Shown here one piece after another: positions 7,477 to 16,319 of a DNA stretch of 32,000 nt (position 1 is its first letter; each line of letters begins with the position of its first letter). The position numbers and the translations under genes were made by a program. The notes beneath the pieces are model-generated. The model saw nothing but the letters and a program-made list of their open reading frames with translations. It was not told the DNA's origin and did not search any database. The DNA comes from Hyperthermus butylicus DSM 5456 (GTDB lineage Archaea > Thermoproteota > Thermoprotei_A > Sulfolobales > Pyrodictiaceae), in the NCBI RefSeq assembly GCF_000015145.1, contig NC_008818.1, positions 1,290,001-1,322,000 of the forward strand, given 5' to 3'.

Positions 7477-8925
7477 TTGATGATGACAGAGCCCAGTCTG
7501 ACAATGTTAGAGCCCATAGAGTTTCTAGCTATAGCTTCTCAGCTCGCAGTCCTAACTTACTATCTTGGCGTATTAATATATGCTCTGCCACTGCCAATCT
7601 ATAGGCTGAAAAAGTGGGCACCAATACTTATACAAGACTCGATATGGGCTGCCATATTAATATTCACGTACTCGTTACTACTAAGCTTCTCAGATAGCCT
7701 GGCAGGCTATAGCGGTATTAGTCTAGAATCCCTCGTGGCCTACATGCAGCTCGTAATCGCAATAGTTATGTCAGTAAACTTTATAGCAAGAGCTTTTATT
7801 ACTTCACTCTCAATGCTACCTGTTAGCCTACACCACGTAGCGAGCGTCATCCTCCTACCAATCCACATGTTCCAATACGGGATAATCCTATCCTCAACCA
7901 TGGTAATGATATTGGCTCTAATCCTTATTGGTGCCAAGGCTAAGCTTGCAGCACTAGGGATAACACTTATAGCAATGCCCTTCAGAATCGGTAGAAATGC
8001 AGGAGCATCAATACTCGCATTCGTACTAGTAGCCAATGTTATGCTGCCATTTCTACCTTATTGGATTGGTCTTATACTATCTAGTATTGGTCTAGCATAT
8101 GATGATATAGCAACTTACAATTCTACGATGTATGTAAACATGTGGGGCACCATATCGGACCAGTATGGGGGCTATCCAGCTGGCGGCGTTATACTATTCA
8201 TGAAGCCCGATGACCCTGATACAAGGTATTGGTTTAAAGTGCATAACGATGGAACATACTACATAAATAGACCATTCAAATACATAAGGGCTGGAGACTA
8301 TATAGTCTACATGGAGTATCTTGGGTACCTAGTTCACCTAATTCCAACCTACGTCAAGTTGCCTGATAACGCCTCTCTAACTTATAGGCTTTCAACCGCA
8401 GAGTATGAGCTACATTTTCGTGCAGCCGAGAACTATGTATTTTTACGTCCTCACGGTGTGTTAATACCAGCATCATGCAAAATTGATGGCTTCGAGAGAT
8501 ACGTTAATGGTGTAAAGCTGGTATGTTTGCCCACGAATAGCATTTTACAGTTATATCTTGCCTATCCAGAGCAGTGTAGTGTAGACCTAGAGTCTAATGC
8601 AAGTATGACGCTTACATCTGTAGAGTTAGTACCTTGGTATGGAATTCTGGTGGTTAAGAAAGAGTATAGAGCTAGTGTAGACGAGTCTACAAGGCTCGAA
8701 ATCAAAGCTAATGTGGTTTGTAGAGGTGCTGTACCAGAACTTCAGGTTGAAGAAGGGGTAGCAGAGCCCAAGAAAAGTGCACTTGTAGAGCTTTTGACGC
8801 TAATAACGTTCTTTATAGCATATCCTGTTGCTGTATTCTCGTATTTAACAGTCATGTCGATGGTTACGCTTGCAGTTGCAAGACTATTGGGTGCACTTTC
8901 ACCAAGGATTATATTTGATTACTAA
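7477..8925 (+). CDS. Polytopic membrane protein with a beta-rich extracytoplasmic domain and a C-terminal TM anchor (CedA-like position)
   Basis: 482 aa. About 6 hydrophobic helices lie in aa 15-215. A soluble region (~aa 215-440) carries N-x-S/T sequons (NST, NAS, NAS), and a hydrophobic C-terminal anchor follows. ATG codons at 7480 and 7483 follow the TTG, with a GGTGG SD just upstream. Confidence 0.55.
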   Translation: MMMTEPSLTMLEPIEFLAIASQLAVLTYYLGVLIYALPLPIYRLKKWAPILIQDSIWAAILIFTYSLLLSFSDSLAGYSGISLESLVAYMQLVIAIVMSVNFIARAFITSLSMLPVSLHHVASVILLPIHMFQYGIILSSTMVMILALILIGAKAKLAALGITLIAMPFRIGRNAGASILAFVLVANVMLPFLPYWIGLILSSIGLAYDDIATYNSTMYVNMWGTISDQYGGYPAGGVILFMKPDDPDTRYWFKVHNDGTYYINRPFKYIRAGDYIVYMEYLGYLVHLIPTYVKLPDNASLTYRLSTAEYELHFRAAENYVFLRPHGVLIPASCKIDGFERYVNGVKLVCLPTNSILQLYLAYPEQCSVDLESNASMTLTSVELVPWYGILVVKKEYRASVDESTRLEIKANVVCRGAVPELQVEEGVAEPKKSALVELLTLITFFIAYPVAVFSYLTVMSMVTLAVARLLGALSPRIIFDY

Positions 8926-8930
8926 GGTTA

Positions 8931-9119
8931 ATGGTGATGCGTATGCGTATTGAGCTAAAACTCGATATCAAGACATCAACAATAATAGCCTTCGTTATTG
9001 CTATTTACGGGTTTATAGTTGGTATACTTTCCGACAATACTGTCCTCCAAGCAATATCTACTGTCAATGCCATAATGCTTGCGTTACTCCTTATAAGAAT
9101 TGTAAGAGGTGAAGTCTAG
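8931..9119 (+). CDS. Small 2-TM membrane protein (CedA2-like position)
   Basis: 62 aa (58 aa if the start is ATG 8943, which is preceded by GGTGAT). It has two hydrophobic helices. Its stop TAG (9117-9119) directly abuts the ATG of the downstream ATPase. Confidence 0.45.
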   Translation: MVMRMRIELKLDIKTSTIIAFVIAIYGFIVGILSDNTVLQAISTVNAIMLALLLIRIVRGEV

Positions 9120-10460
9120 ATGGATCCGGTCTCGCTCATCGTAGTTGCTGCTGGGGCTACAGCTATACTAGTAAACATGCTCAACAGCCGAGGCCTCATA
9201 TCATTGGGAGTGGGATTTACGAGAAAACTATCCATGCACAACAATAGTCATTGCGTGGGTAGCAGATCCGAGTGCCTGGTTGGTATAGCTGTTACTGGAA
9301 CCGAGTGCATAATGTCTATCTTTATGCGCGGTGTCTTGGAGAAGGTGATGTCTCTAGAGAATATTTGTGGTGTGATAGTCCTTGGCCGCAAAGTAGATTA
9401 TAATGCTGCTACCAGGTTACTAGAATCAAAGCTAATAATGTACCAGGTTGAGCTTGAGAGAAATCCAGCCAATACACGTGCAAAGAGAATGCTTGAGCTC
9501 CTAGAAGCTATTAGATCTGAAATAAACAAGTATAGGGATCCGGTGAACCTGCAACTCGTATTCCTCGTCTGCAAGTCGCATAGTGGTGCAGAGATAGCAG
9601 CTGTGCTTAAGCCACTAAAGTCAATGTTACAGCCATATCGCTGCAAAATATCCCTAACCAGCATATCACTTGGGGGAAATTTTCCAAGACGTGGAGGGAC
9701 AGTATTATCTGGCAGTAAGGCTCTGAGGGAACTTGGCAGAGTAGCCTTACCACTTAGTATTTTAGAGTTTGCACGTGAATCGCAGCTATCAATACCTATA
9801 GGTGTTGACCTACTTGCAGGTGGCTTCCCAATATTTCTCCCAATCCACGACGAGTATGGCGCTAGACACACGCTCGTAGTGGGTCCATCTGGTCGAGGCA
9901 AGACATATCTACTTGGAAGAATTGTAGCACTAGTACTAGCGTTGCTTCCGCATCGCGTAGTGGTGGTTGACCCGAAGGGAGACCTAGCTGGCCTCATAGA
10001 CTCTTTTTGTGGTTGCAGTGAAGTGGTAGAGGTCATTGATGATAGCGATGAAGAATACTTGTCAAGAATAGTACATGACAAAGTCAGAGAGCTACTTGAG
10101 CGCAGTCGTTACGCGGTGCTGGTTGTTGATGAAGCTTGGAGACTCGCTGGATCCCATGCACTAAACGTAGCTCTTCGCGAGGGTAGAAGCAGGGGGTTAG
10201 CAGTTATCATGGCTTCGCAGCAGCCTGGAGACTTTACGACAACACACTGGGCAAATACTAGCAATGTAATAGTATTTGGTTCAAAGGATAGAAGCTATAT
10301 CAGCCTAGTAGCGAGGTACAGCGGTATAGAGCCTAGGTCGCTAGAACACCTTACACACCTAGATATCGGCGAGGCATTGATAAGGTATAGCAATACGAGT
10401 ATCGCAATACCCTTCCGGGTTCTTGAACCACCACTGATAACAGTTAAGAGGCCTCCCTAG
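9120..10460 (+). CDS. VirB4/HerA-like P-loop ATPase with an N-terminal TM helix (CedB-like)
   Basis: 446 aa with a hydrophobic N-terminus (LIVVAAGATAILV). Walker A is GPSGRGKT (9882-9905). Walker B is LVVDEAWRL, the DEAW signature typical of VirB4/TrbE-type ATPases, followed by GLAVIMASQQPGDF. It is translationally coupled to the preceding membrane genes. Confidence 0.65.
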   Translation: MDPVSLIVVAAGATAILVNMLNSRGLISLGVGFTRKLSMHNNSHCVGSRSECLVGIAVTGTECIMSIFMRGVLEKVMSLENICGVIVLGRKVDYNAATRLLESKLIMYQVELERNPANTRAKRMLELLEAIRSEINKYRDPVNLQLVFLVCKSHSGAEIAAVLKPLKSMLQPYRCKISLTSISLGGNFPRRGGTVLSGSKALRELGRVALPLSILEFARESQLSIPIGVDLLAGGFPIFLPIHDEYGARHTLVVGPSGRGKTYLLGRIVALVLALLPHRVVVVDPKGDLAGLIDSFCGCSEVVEVIDDSDEEYLSRIVHDKVRELLERSRYAVLVVDEAWRLAGSHALNVALREGRSRGLAVIMASQQPGDFTTTHWANTSNVIVFGSKDRSYISLVARYSGIEPRSLEHLTHLDIGEALIRYSNTSIAIPFRVLEPPLITVKRPP

Positions 10461-10494
10461 CGCCGCCCTATAGGCTGGGATAGGTGGTAGGTAC

Positions 10495-11211
10495 ATGGGT
10501 AAGCGGCTAATAGTACAGCGTAGAGGTAAGGGCTCTCCACTATACAGAAGCCGGCCATGGCTGCACCCGGCCCCAGCAAGGTATCCGCCACTAACACCTG
10601 TAACGCTACGCGGCAGAGTCGTAGAACTAGTCCACGACCCTGGTAGATGGGTTCCACTAGCACATATAGTGCTAGAAAACGGGGATGAATTCTACATCCC
10701 AGCAGCTGAGGGCATGTATGTTGGCCAGATAATAGAGATAGGTCCTGATGCCAGGCCGGTGAATGGTAACATACTACCGGTAGGCAAGATACCGGAGGGT
10801 ACCCAGGTATATAATATTGAAATAAGGCCTGGTGATGGCGGAAAGCTCGTCAGAGCCTATGGCACCTACGCAATAATCCTTGGGCGCAGCGGAAACAAGA
10901 CGATAATACAACTGCCAAGCGGTAAGGTAAAGGAAGTACCAAACGATGCAAGAGCGACAATAGGCATAGTGGCAGGTGCAGGTAGGCTCGAAAAGCCGCT
11001 GCTCAAGGCTGGTGCAGCTTACTACAAGTGGAGTGCCAAGCCACACGTGTGGCCACGCGTACGCGGCGTAGCAATGAACGCTGTCAACCACCCACACGGT
11101 GGTGGCAGCCACCAGAGCCCAAGCTTCCCAACAACGGTATCCCGTAATGCGCCACCAGGCCGCAAGGTAGGCCACATAGCAGCACGCTCAACGGGCAGGA
11201 GGAAGAGGTAA
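10495..11211 (+). CDS. rpl2p: 50S ribosomal protein uL2 (L2P)
   Basis: 238 aa starting [15 protein letters not shown], with the conserved ...[14 protein letters not shown]... motif. An AGGTGG SD lies upstream. Confidence 0.97.
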   Translation: MGKRLIVQRRGKGSPLYRSRPWLHPAPARYPPLTPVTLRGRVVELVHDPGRWVPLAHIVLENGDEFYIPAAEGMYVGQIIEIGPDARPVNGNILPVGKIPEGTQVYNIEIRPGDGGKLVRAYGTYAIILGRSGNKTIIQLPSGKVKEVPNDARATIGIVAGAGRLEKPLLKAGAAYYKWSAKPHVWPRVRGVAMNAVNHPHGGGSHQSPSFPTTVSRNAPPGRKVGHIAARSTGRRKR

Positions 11212-11257
11212 TAATCGTATATTAGCACCCAGCATAGAGGGGGATGGAGGGGGTTCG

Positions 11258-11725
11258 ATGGTCCAGACACAGCTAAGGCTCGATGAGGAAATGAAGAAGT
11301 GGCTTGAAACACTGCCACCAGAGTGGAAGAAGTTCCGCTACCGTGGCTACACGCTAGAAGAACTACTGGCAATGCCCATGGATCAGTTCATAAAGCTCCT
11401 ACCAGCAAGGCAGCGCCGCAGCTTGCTAAGAGGTCTAACAGACGCGCAGCGCCGCCTCCTCTGGAAGATTAGGAAGGCAAGGCAGAAGATGCTCCAGGGC
11501 AAGAAGGTTGTAGTGAAGACGCATGTCAGGGACATGATTATACTTCCAGAAATGGTTGGTCTTACAATAGCCGTCTACAATGGCAAAGAGTTCATACCAG
11601 TAAAGATAACCCCAGAAATGATAGGCCACTATCTAGGCGAGTTCAGTCCAACATGCAAGCAGGTACAGCACGGCGAGCCAGGCCTAAAGGCTACAAGGAG
11701 CACGCTGCACGTAGCCCTCAAGTAG
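11258..11725 (+). CDS. rps19p: 30S ribosomal protein uS19 (S19P)
   Basis: 155 aa containing ...[32 protein letters not shown]..., characteristic of S19. It directly follows uL2, as in the canonical order. Confidence 0.95.
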   Translation: MVQTQLRLDEEMKKWLETLPPEWKKFRYRGYTLEELLAMPMDQFIKLLPARQRRSLLRGLTDAQRRLLWKIRKARQKMLQGKKVVVKTHVRDMIILPEMVGLTIAVYNGKEFIPVKITPEMIGHYLGEFSPTCKQVQHGEPGLKATRSTLHVALK

Positions 11726-11742
11726 CCAATGCGAACTATCCA

Positions 11743-11747
11743 TTTTT
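11743..11747 (+). terminator. Oligo-T tract (TTTTT), candidate archaeal terminator after uS19
   Basis: The T5 run lies 18 nt downstream of the uS19 stop. Archaeal RNA polymerase terminates at oligo-T tracts. Confidence 0.35.
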
Positions 11748-11848
11748 ACTGCTATTCTGCGCCCTATTGTACGCTCTACCTTAGCCTCCAATCATAGTAT
11801 GTTACAGTCATAGTCCTAGCCTTCAGACTGCTGGAGGCTTGCGGATCA

Positions 11849-12409
11849 GTGGCATCTAGAAAGGAGATGATGAGGCTTAAATATAACATTACTTGTGCAA
11901 ACTATGATGAGCTATATGGGGAGGAGCAGCGAGAAAAGTATGAGTGTACACTACGCAAAACCCCAGGAATAAAAGGGATAATCCTTGACGATGGATGTGG
12001 AACGGCATTGTTTGTCGAGTTTCTCAAAGAGAAGAACATGATAAAAACAATCAAGTCCTACATCTGTCTAGACTTAACACCTTGTATGCTAGACAAGGCT
12101 AGAGAGAGAATAGAGAGGCTCAATATAGGCCATATCATCGACCTAGTAGAGGCTGATGCTGAACACATACCTCTCAGAAGCAAGTCGGTAGACTACACGT
12201 TCTCATTCACGGTAATAGACCTGCTCGAGGACATAAAGCAAGGCGTAAATGAGATAGACCGTGTGACAAGAATCAGAGCCTACGTGTCAAGTCTAAAGAA
12301 GGCGAGCAACACCATGATAAAGCCGGCAGCAAAGAAGTATGGATTAACACTCTGCGAAACCAGCAAGGACATAGTATTTATGCGAGAAACGAAAAGCTCA
12401 GCTGGTTGA
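11849..12409 (+). CDS. Class I SAM-dependent methyltransferase (substrate unknown)
   Basis: 186 aa. Motif I is ILDDGCGTALF, and the acidic post-I residue and CLDLTPCML follow at typical Rossmann-fold methyltransferase spacing. GTG start. Confidence 0.7.
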   Translation: MASRKEMMRLKYNITCANYDELYGEEQREKYECTLRKTPGIKGIILDDGCGTALFVEFLKEKNMIKTIKSYICLDLTPCMLDKARERIERLNIGHIIDLVEADAEHIPLRSKSVDYTFSFTVIDLLEDIKQGVNEIDRVTRIRAYVSSLKKASNTMIKPAAKKYGLTLCETSKDIVFMRETKSSAG

Positions 12410-12447
12410 TCCCTCATCATATCCCTCCTCAGCCTATCGGGCTCGCA

Positions 12448-12942
12448 TCATCGCAGGGAAGGATTATTCCCGTGCTGACACCTCTCCACTGCGGGCACAA
12501 GATACTTCTTAACCATAGACTTAACAAGCTCGTATACTTTGGGCGAGAACTCTATCACAATACGCTCACCGTTACGTAACACAAGCTCTAGCTTAGCGGG
12601 CTCAACCTCCTGACCTCCCGGACGCCTTTCAGCTCTCTTCGCAATGCTTCGCCTTGGCGAGGGCTTAGAAATGTTATAGCTTTTTATGTCGCAGTATCTT
12701 ATCACAATATCATAGGGCTCTGAAGCTTCGCCTACGCGTCGGCGCTTCTTCCTCAACGAGTATATGAACATGTCTACGCGTTGCTGAAGCCCCGTTCTTG
12801 GCCTCATACGCTCCCAAAACTCTCCAAGATAGACTAGCCTTAACTCGTCATCCTCAAACAGCATGTCGTAGTGTATTCTGTCAGGACCGCGTCTAACCCA
12901 GACACTGTACACAATTCTGTCCTCGCTAGGAGAAGACACCAT
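12448..12942 (-). CDS. Hypothetical protein (164 aa)
   Basis: Long ORF convergent with the methyltransferase. It is rich in charged residues with a basic central segment (KKRRRV, RRSIAKRAERRPGG). No family recognised. Confidence 0.5.
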   Translation of the reverse strand: MVSSPSEDRIVYSVWVRRGPDRIHYDMLFEDDELRLVYLGEFWERMRPRTGLQQRVDMFIYSLRKKRRRVGEASEPYDIVIRYCDIKSYNISKPSPRRSIAKRAERRPGGQEVEPAKLELVLRNGERIVIEFSPKVYELVKSMVKKYLVPAVERCQHGNNPSLR

Positions 12943-13085
12943 AACCCCCGACTAGCAATAGAATAACACCCCAGCATATAGTTCTCAGCCAGCAGCATAA
13001 CCTCGGGTCGCATTGTAGGGTTTTCACAACCGCTAGGAGTAATAGAGGGGTAAGCTACGTAGCTCTGATGGGGGGTTGAGGTATT

Positions 13086-14087
13086 GTGGAAAGGGATGTT
13101 GAGAAGGAGTTACTCTACAGGCTGGGGCTCGGCGAGAGTAGCGGGAGGGAGTCTTCTGCTGTTGATATTGAGGGGAAGGTCAGGCAGATCTATGGCCAGC
13201 TGGTAGCAGAGTATAGTGGCAAGCCTGTTCGAAACCCCTATGAGATACAGAGGCTTCTCCGCGATCGCTACAAGCTGCTCGTGAGCGAGAACTTGGTAAA
13301 GCTTGTTGTAGCAGCATTTCTAGCAGGGAGGCCGGTCCTTTTCGAAGGGCCCCCAGGTACTGGTAAGACGGAGATAGCTGAAGCCATACTAACACTGTGG
13401 GCGGGAAAACAAGCATTCATAATAACGTGTAGCGAGAACTACGACGAGTATAGGGTTATAGGAGACTTCCACCCACTCATGGCACTAAGATATGGATTTA
13501 ACGAGGCGAGTTTTATTCCAAGACCCTTGCTTGCAGCCCTAATACTTGATGCTGGTGTTCTAGTAGACGAGATAAGACGTAGTAGCGAGGAGCTTCAGAA
13601 CCTCCTACTAGACATCATTGATAAGCGGCGTATAATAGTGCCGGAGATACGTAGAGTGTTTAGGGCTAGAGGTATCGGGTTCCAGATGATATTTACCAGC
13701 AACCCCGAGGACTTTGCTCAGAATGAGCTGAGCGATGCCTTCCTAAGGCGTGTTGTAAGAATACCGTTTAGATACCCATCACCCGAGGAGGAGGCGGAAA
13801 TAGTGAGGCTGAGATATGACGTAGAAGTGGAACTCGAACCAAGCTTACTCAAGGCCATGATAATGACCGTAAACATTCTACGCGAAAAGGCAGCCTATAA
13901 GCCAGGTCCCTCGGATACTGTTCTCTGGGCAAGAATTGCTGGTAGGCTCGCAAAGCTACGTGGTGCGAATAAGGTAGAGATGCGGGACGTTGTTGAGGCA
14001 GCAGTAATAACGTTGTATAAGCGTGTAGGGGAGGAGGACATAGTTGATGAAGCACTCGAAAAAGTTTTTGGGCAAAAACCAGGGTGA
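13086..14087 (+). CDS. MoxR/CoxD-like AAA+ ATPase
   Basis: 333 aa. Walker A is GPPGTGKT (13347-13370), Walker B is VLVDEIRRS (MoxR DEINR-like), and sensor-1 is FTSNP. GTG start with an upstream GAGGT SD. Confidence 0.85.
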   Translation: MERDVEKELLYRLGLGESSGRESSAVDIEGKVRQIYGQLVAEYSGKPVRNPYEIQRLLRDRYKLLVSENLVKLVVAAFLAGRPVLFEGPPGTGKTEIAEAILTLWAGKQAFIITCSENYDEYRVIGDFHPLMALRYGFNEASFIPRPLLAALILDAGVLVDEIRRSSEELQNLLLDIIDKRRIIVPEIRRVFRARGIGFQMIFTSNPEDFAQNELSDAFLRRVVRIPFRYPSPEEEAEIVRLRYDVEVELEPSLLKAMIMTVNILREKAAYKPGPSDTVLWARIAGRLAKLRGANKVEMRDVVEAAVITLYKRVGEEDIVDEALEKVFGQKPG

Positions 14088-16056
14088 AGAAGCTGACTAC
14101 AAAGCACTGTCTCTCGCTGTAGCGGAGGCTGCACGCCGGGCAGGTGTACGAGTCTCAACCTCCGAGGTTGTCGACGCAGCTAGGCTGCTAGCACTCTACG
14201 CTGCCATCTCGTCGAAGCCTCTATCACTCGAAGACTATGTAGCAGTATTCACATCAGTGTATGCTAAGAGAGGTGAAGACGAGCAGGTAGTTGTAGAGGC
14301 CGTAAAGAGGGTAATTATCGGTCCTGAGGCTGGGAGAGCTAGTGTAGAGCAGCGGATCAAAAGGGATCTTGAAGCTCTAGGGCTAGATTACGGTGATAAA
14401 ATATCAAGACACAAGCTTTCAAGTCTAAAGAAAAGCGATAGGGCGCGCACGGCTTATGCAAGGCTAAAACTCCTAGGGATAATAAGGCGTAGTCGCCATG
14501 GCGAGTATGTTGTCTCGCAGGAGAAGGCCAAGAGGATAATGGGTGAGATAGCCAGGCGATACGGAGATATAGATAATGCGCTCGCAGAAGCTATAGCAAA
14601 CAGTATAGCTAGAAACACGAGTCTCGCCAGCCTTCTGGGGTCAGAGCTACTCAAATACCTCGACCTTGAGAGTCTGAATCTCGCGACATTAGCGAAGCTA
14701 TACAGTAATCTACACAGGGAGAAGTGGCTGCAGAAGGTAATAACGGGCATAATTAGCCGGAAAATTGCTGAGGGAGAAACACCGCCAAACCCTGAGAGGA
14801 TATACGACATCTTAAGACGTGAAGGTATGGATAGTCGTGTTCTAGCAGGTTTGCTTCGTAGTAATCCACGCCTTGCAGCTAGAGCTGCAAAAGACTATGG
14901 CTTCCAGACAGTCCTAGATATAGCGTCGTCGATTGCTAGCTACGACTCCCAGAGAGCAGCAGAAATACTTGCACATGCTAGCGGGCTTAAGCAGAGCCAG
15001 AAAACATTCCTACGCAACTACATCACGAGGCTTGGAGTAACCTATGCGCTCGAGCTTGCAAAGCATACTGGTGTAGCTCAGCTTCTAGCAAGAGCTGTCC
15101 AGGTAAGGGAGAGTTTGATTCGAAGCCTCTCAAGGCCCGAGGAAGCCCCAGCTCATCTTGACATGGCTCTTGCAGAGTACGAAAAGCTAGTATCTGAATA
15201 CAATTCCGCAAGCAGCGAGATACCAGACCGTCTACGCAATATTATAGAGGGGGAGATTAGGAGCCTTGCTAGCCTAGTACATGCTGCAAGCACAGGCAAC
15301 ACATATGCTCTTCTTAAGGGGTTAACGCGGCAGCTACCAGTTTGGCAGGCCCTACAATTCCTAACAGATGTTGCTTCAGCAAGTAGTGACCCGAAAACAA
15401 AGAGGTATGCGTTAATGCTAGCTCTACTAACGTGGAAGAGGGCAGTATCGACGACGGGACCAAGGCTCTCTAGGAGGCGGAAATATACGGTTACCCGTGG
15501 AAGACTCGATGCTAGAAAGGCTATCTACGGGATACTCCGCTTTGACCCCTACACTCCAATATACCGTAGGAGGGTTAGGACAGCACGCTACGTCGTGGTA
15601 CTAGACAAGAGTGGTAGCATGCGTGAATATTCACTAACAGCGCTATTAGCCTCAGCTTCTCTCGCGCCAGCCATAACAAGGCTAGTCCTCTTCGACAGTG
15701 AGGTAAGGGTAATCGATAGGCTTGAACAAGCATCTGTCCCGAAAATAATATCCCTGCTCTTTAAGACAAGCTTTGAAGGCTATACAGACGTCGTGCGCGC
15801 TCTCGAAGAGTCAACCCGTGGGCTGGCACCCTCAAAACTGGTGGTGATAAGCGACTTGCATCAAACGGTGCCATCCAGAAAATCTGTTGACGAGGTACTC
15901 CGAGGTATGAGAACGTCTGGATGGCGTATAGCGGTAGTAGCTCCGCCAACGTTGGATCCGCGGTTGGCAAGGAGGATAACTGGTATTGTAAAATTATACA
16001 CGGTGTCAAAACCAGCTGATGTAGCTCGTGTTATAAGGAGGCTAATAGCTGCTTAG
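14047..16056 (+). CDS. CoxE-like von Willebrand factor A (VWA) domain protein with a ~500-aa helical N-terminal extension
   Basis: The C-terminal VWA domain has a MIDAS motif in VVVLDKSGSM (DKSGS at 15604-15618), preceded by the Arg-rich CoxE-like segment RRRKYTVTRGRLDARKAIY. The gene overlaps the MoxR gene by 41-44 nt (ATG 14047 or TTG 14044), which suggests coupling. Confidence 0.8.
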   Translation: MKHSKKFLGKNQGEEADYKALSLAVAEAARRAGVRVSTSEVVDAARLLALYAAISSKPLSLEDYVAVFTSVYAKRGEDEQVVVEAVKRVIIGPEAGRASVEQRIKRDLEALGLDYGDKISRHKLSSLKKSDRARTAYARLKLLGIIRRSRHGEYVVSQEKAKRIMGEIARRYGDIDNALAEAIANSIARNTSLASLLGSELLKYLDLESLNLATLAKLYSNLHREKWLQKVITGIISRKIAEGETPPNPERIYDILRREGMDSRVLAGLLRSNPRLAARAAKDYGFQTVLDIASSIASYDSQRAAEILAHASGLKQSQKTFLRNYITRLGVTYALELAKHTGVAQLLARAVQVRESLIRSLSRPEEAPAHLDMALAEYEKLVSEYNSASSEIPDRLRNIIEGEIRSLASLVHAASTGNTYALLKGLTRQLPVWQALQFLTDVASASSDPKTKRYALMLALLTWKRAVSTTGPRLSRRRKYTVTRGRLDARKAIYGILRFDPYTPIYRRRVRTARYVVVLDKSGSMREYSLTALLASASLAPAITRLVLFDSEVRVIDRLEQASVPKIISLLFKTSFEGYTDVVRALEESTRGLAPSKLVVISDLHQTVPSRKSVDEVLRGMRTSGWRIAVVAPPTLDPRLARRITGIVKLYTVSKPADVARVIRRLIAA

Positions 16057-16316
16057 CGGCTAGCATCAACCACGTAGACTTTAATGCCAAAGACGGTATC
16101 GTCAGCAGCTCTTCTAATTACCTCCTCAACAGTCTTCTTCGCCTCCTCCAGGTTGTCCTCAACCCTGACATCAACGTAGTAGAGTTCCGGTACGACCCTT
16201 GAACGTTCAACTCTTAAGTCGTAGCCTAGGCTCTTAAGCGCTGATAATATCTTCTCAGCGGACTCCTCGTAGTAGGTGTTAAAGAACACTCTAATAGCCC
16301 GCACAGCCCGGGTCAA
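16053..16316 (-). CDS. Small hypothetical alpha/beta protein (87 aa)
   Basis: The ORF begins 4 nt downstream of the stop of the upstream minus-strand gene, giving operon-like packing. TTG start is uncertain. No family recognised. Confidence 0.45.
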   Translation of the reverse strand: MTRAVRAIRVFFNTYYEESAEKILSALKSLGYDLRVERSRVVPELYYVDVRVEDNLEEAKKTVEEVIRRAADDTVFGIKVYVVDASR

Positions 16317-16319
16317 GGC

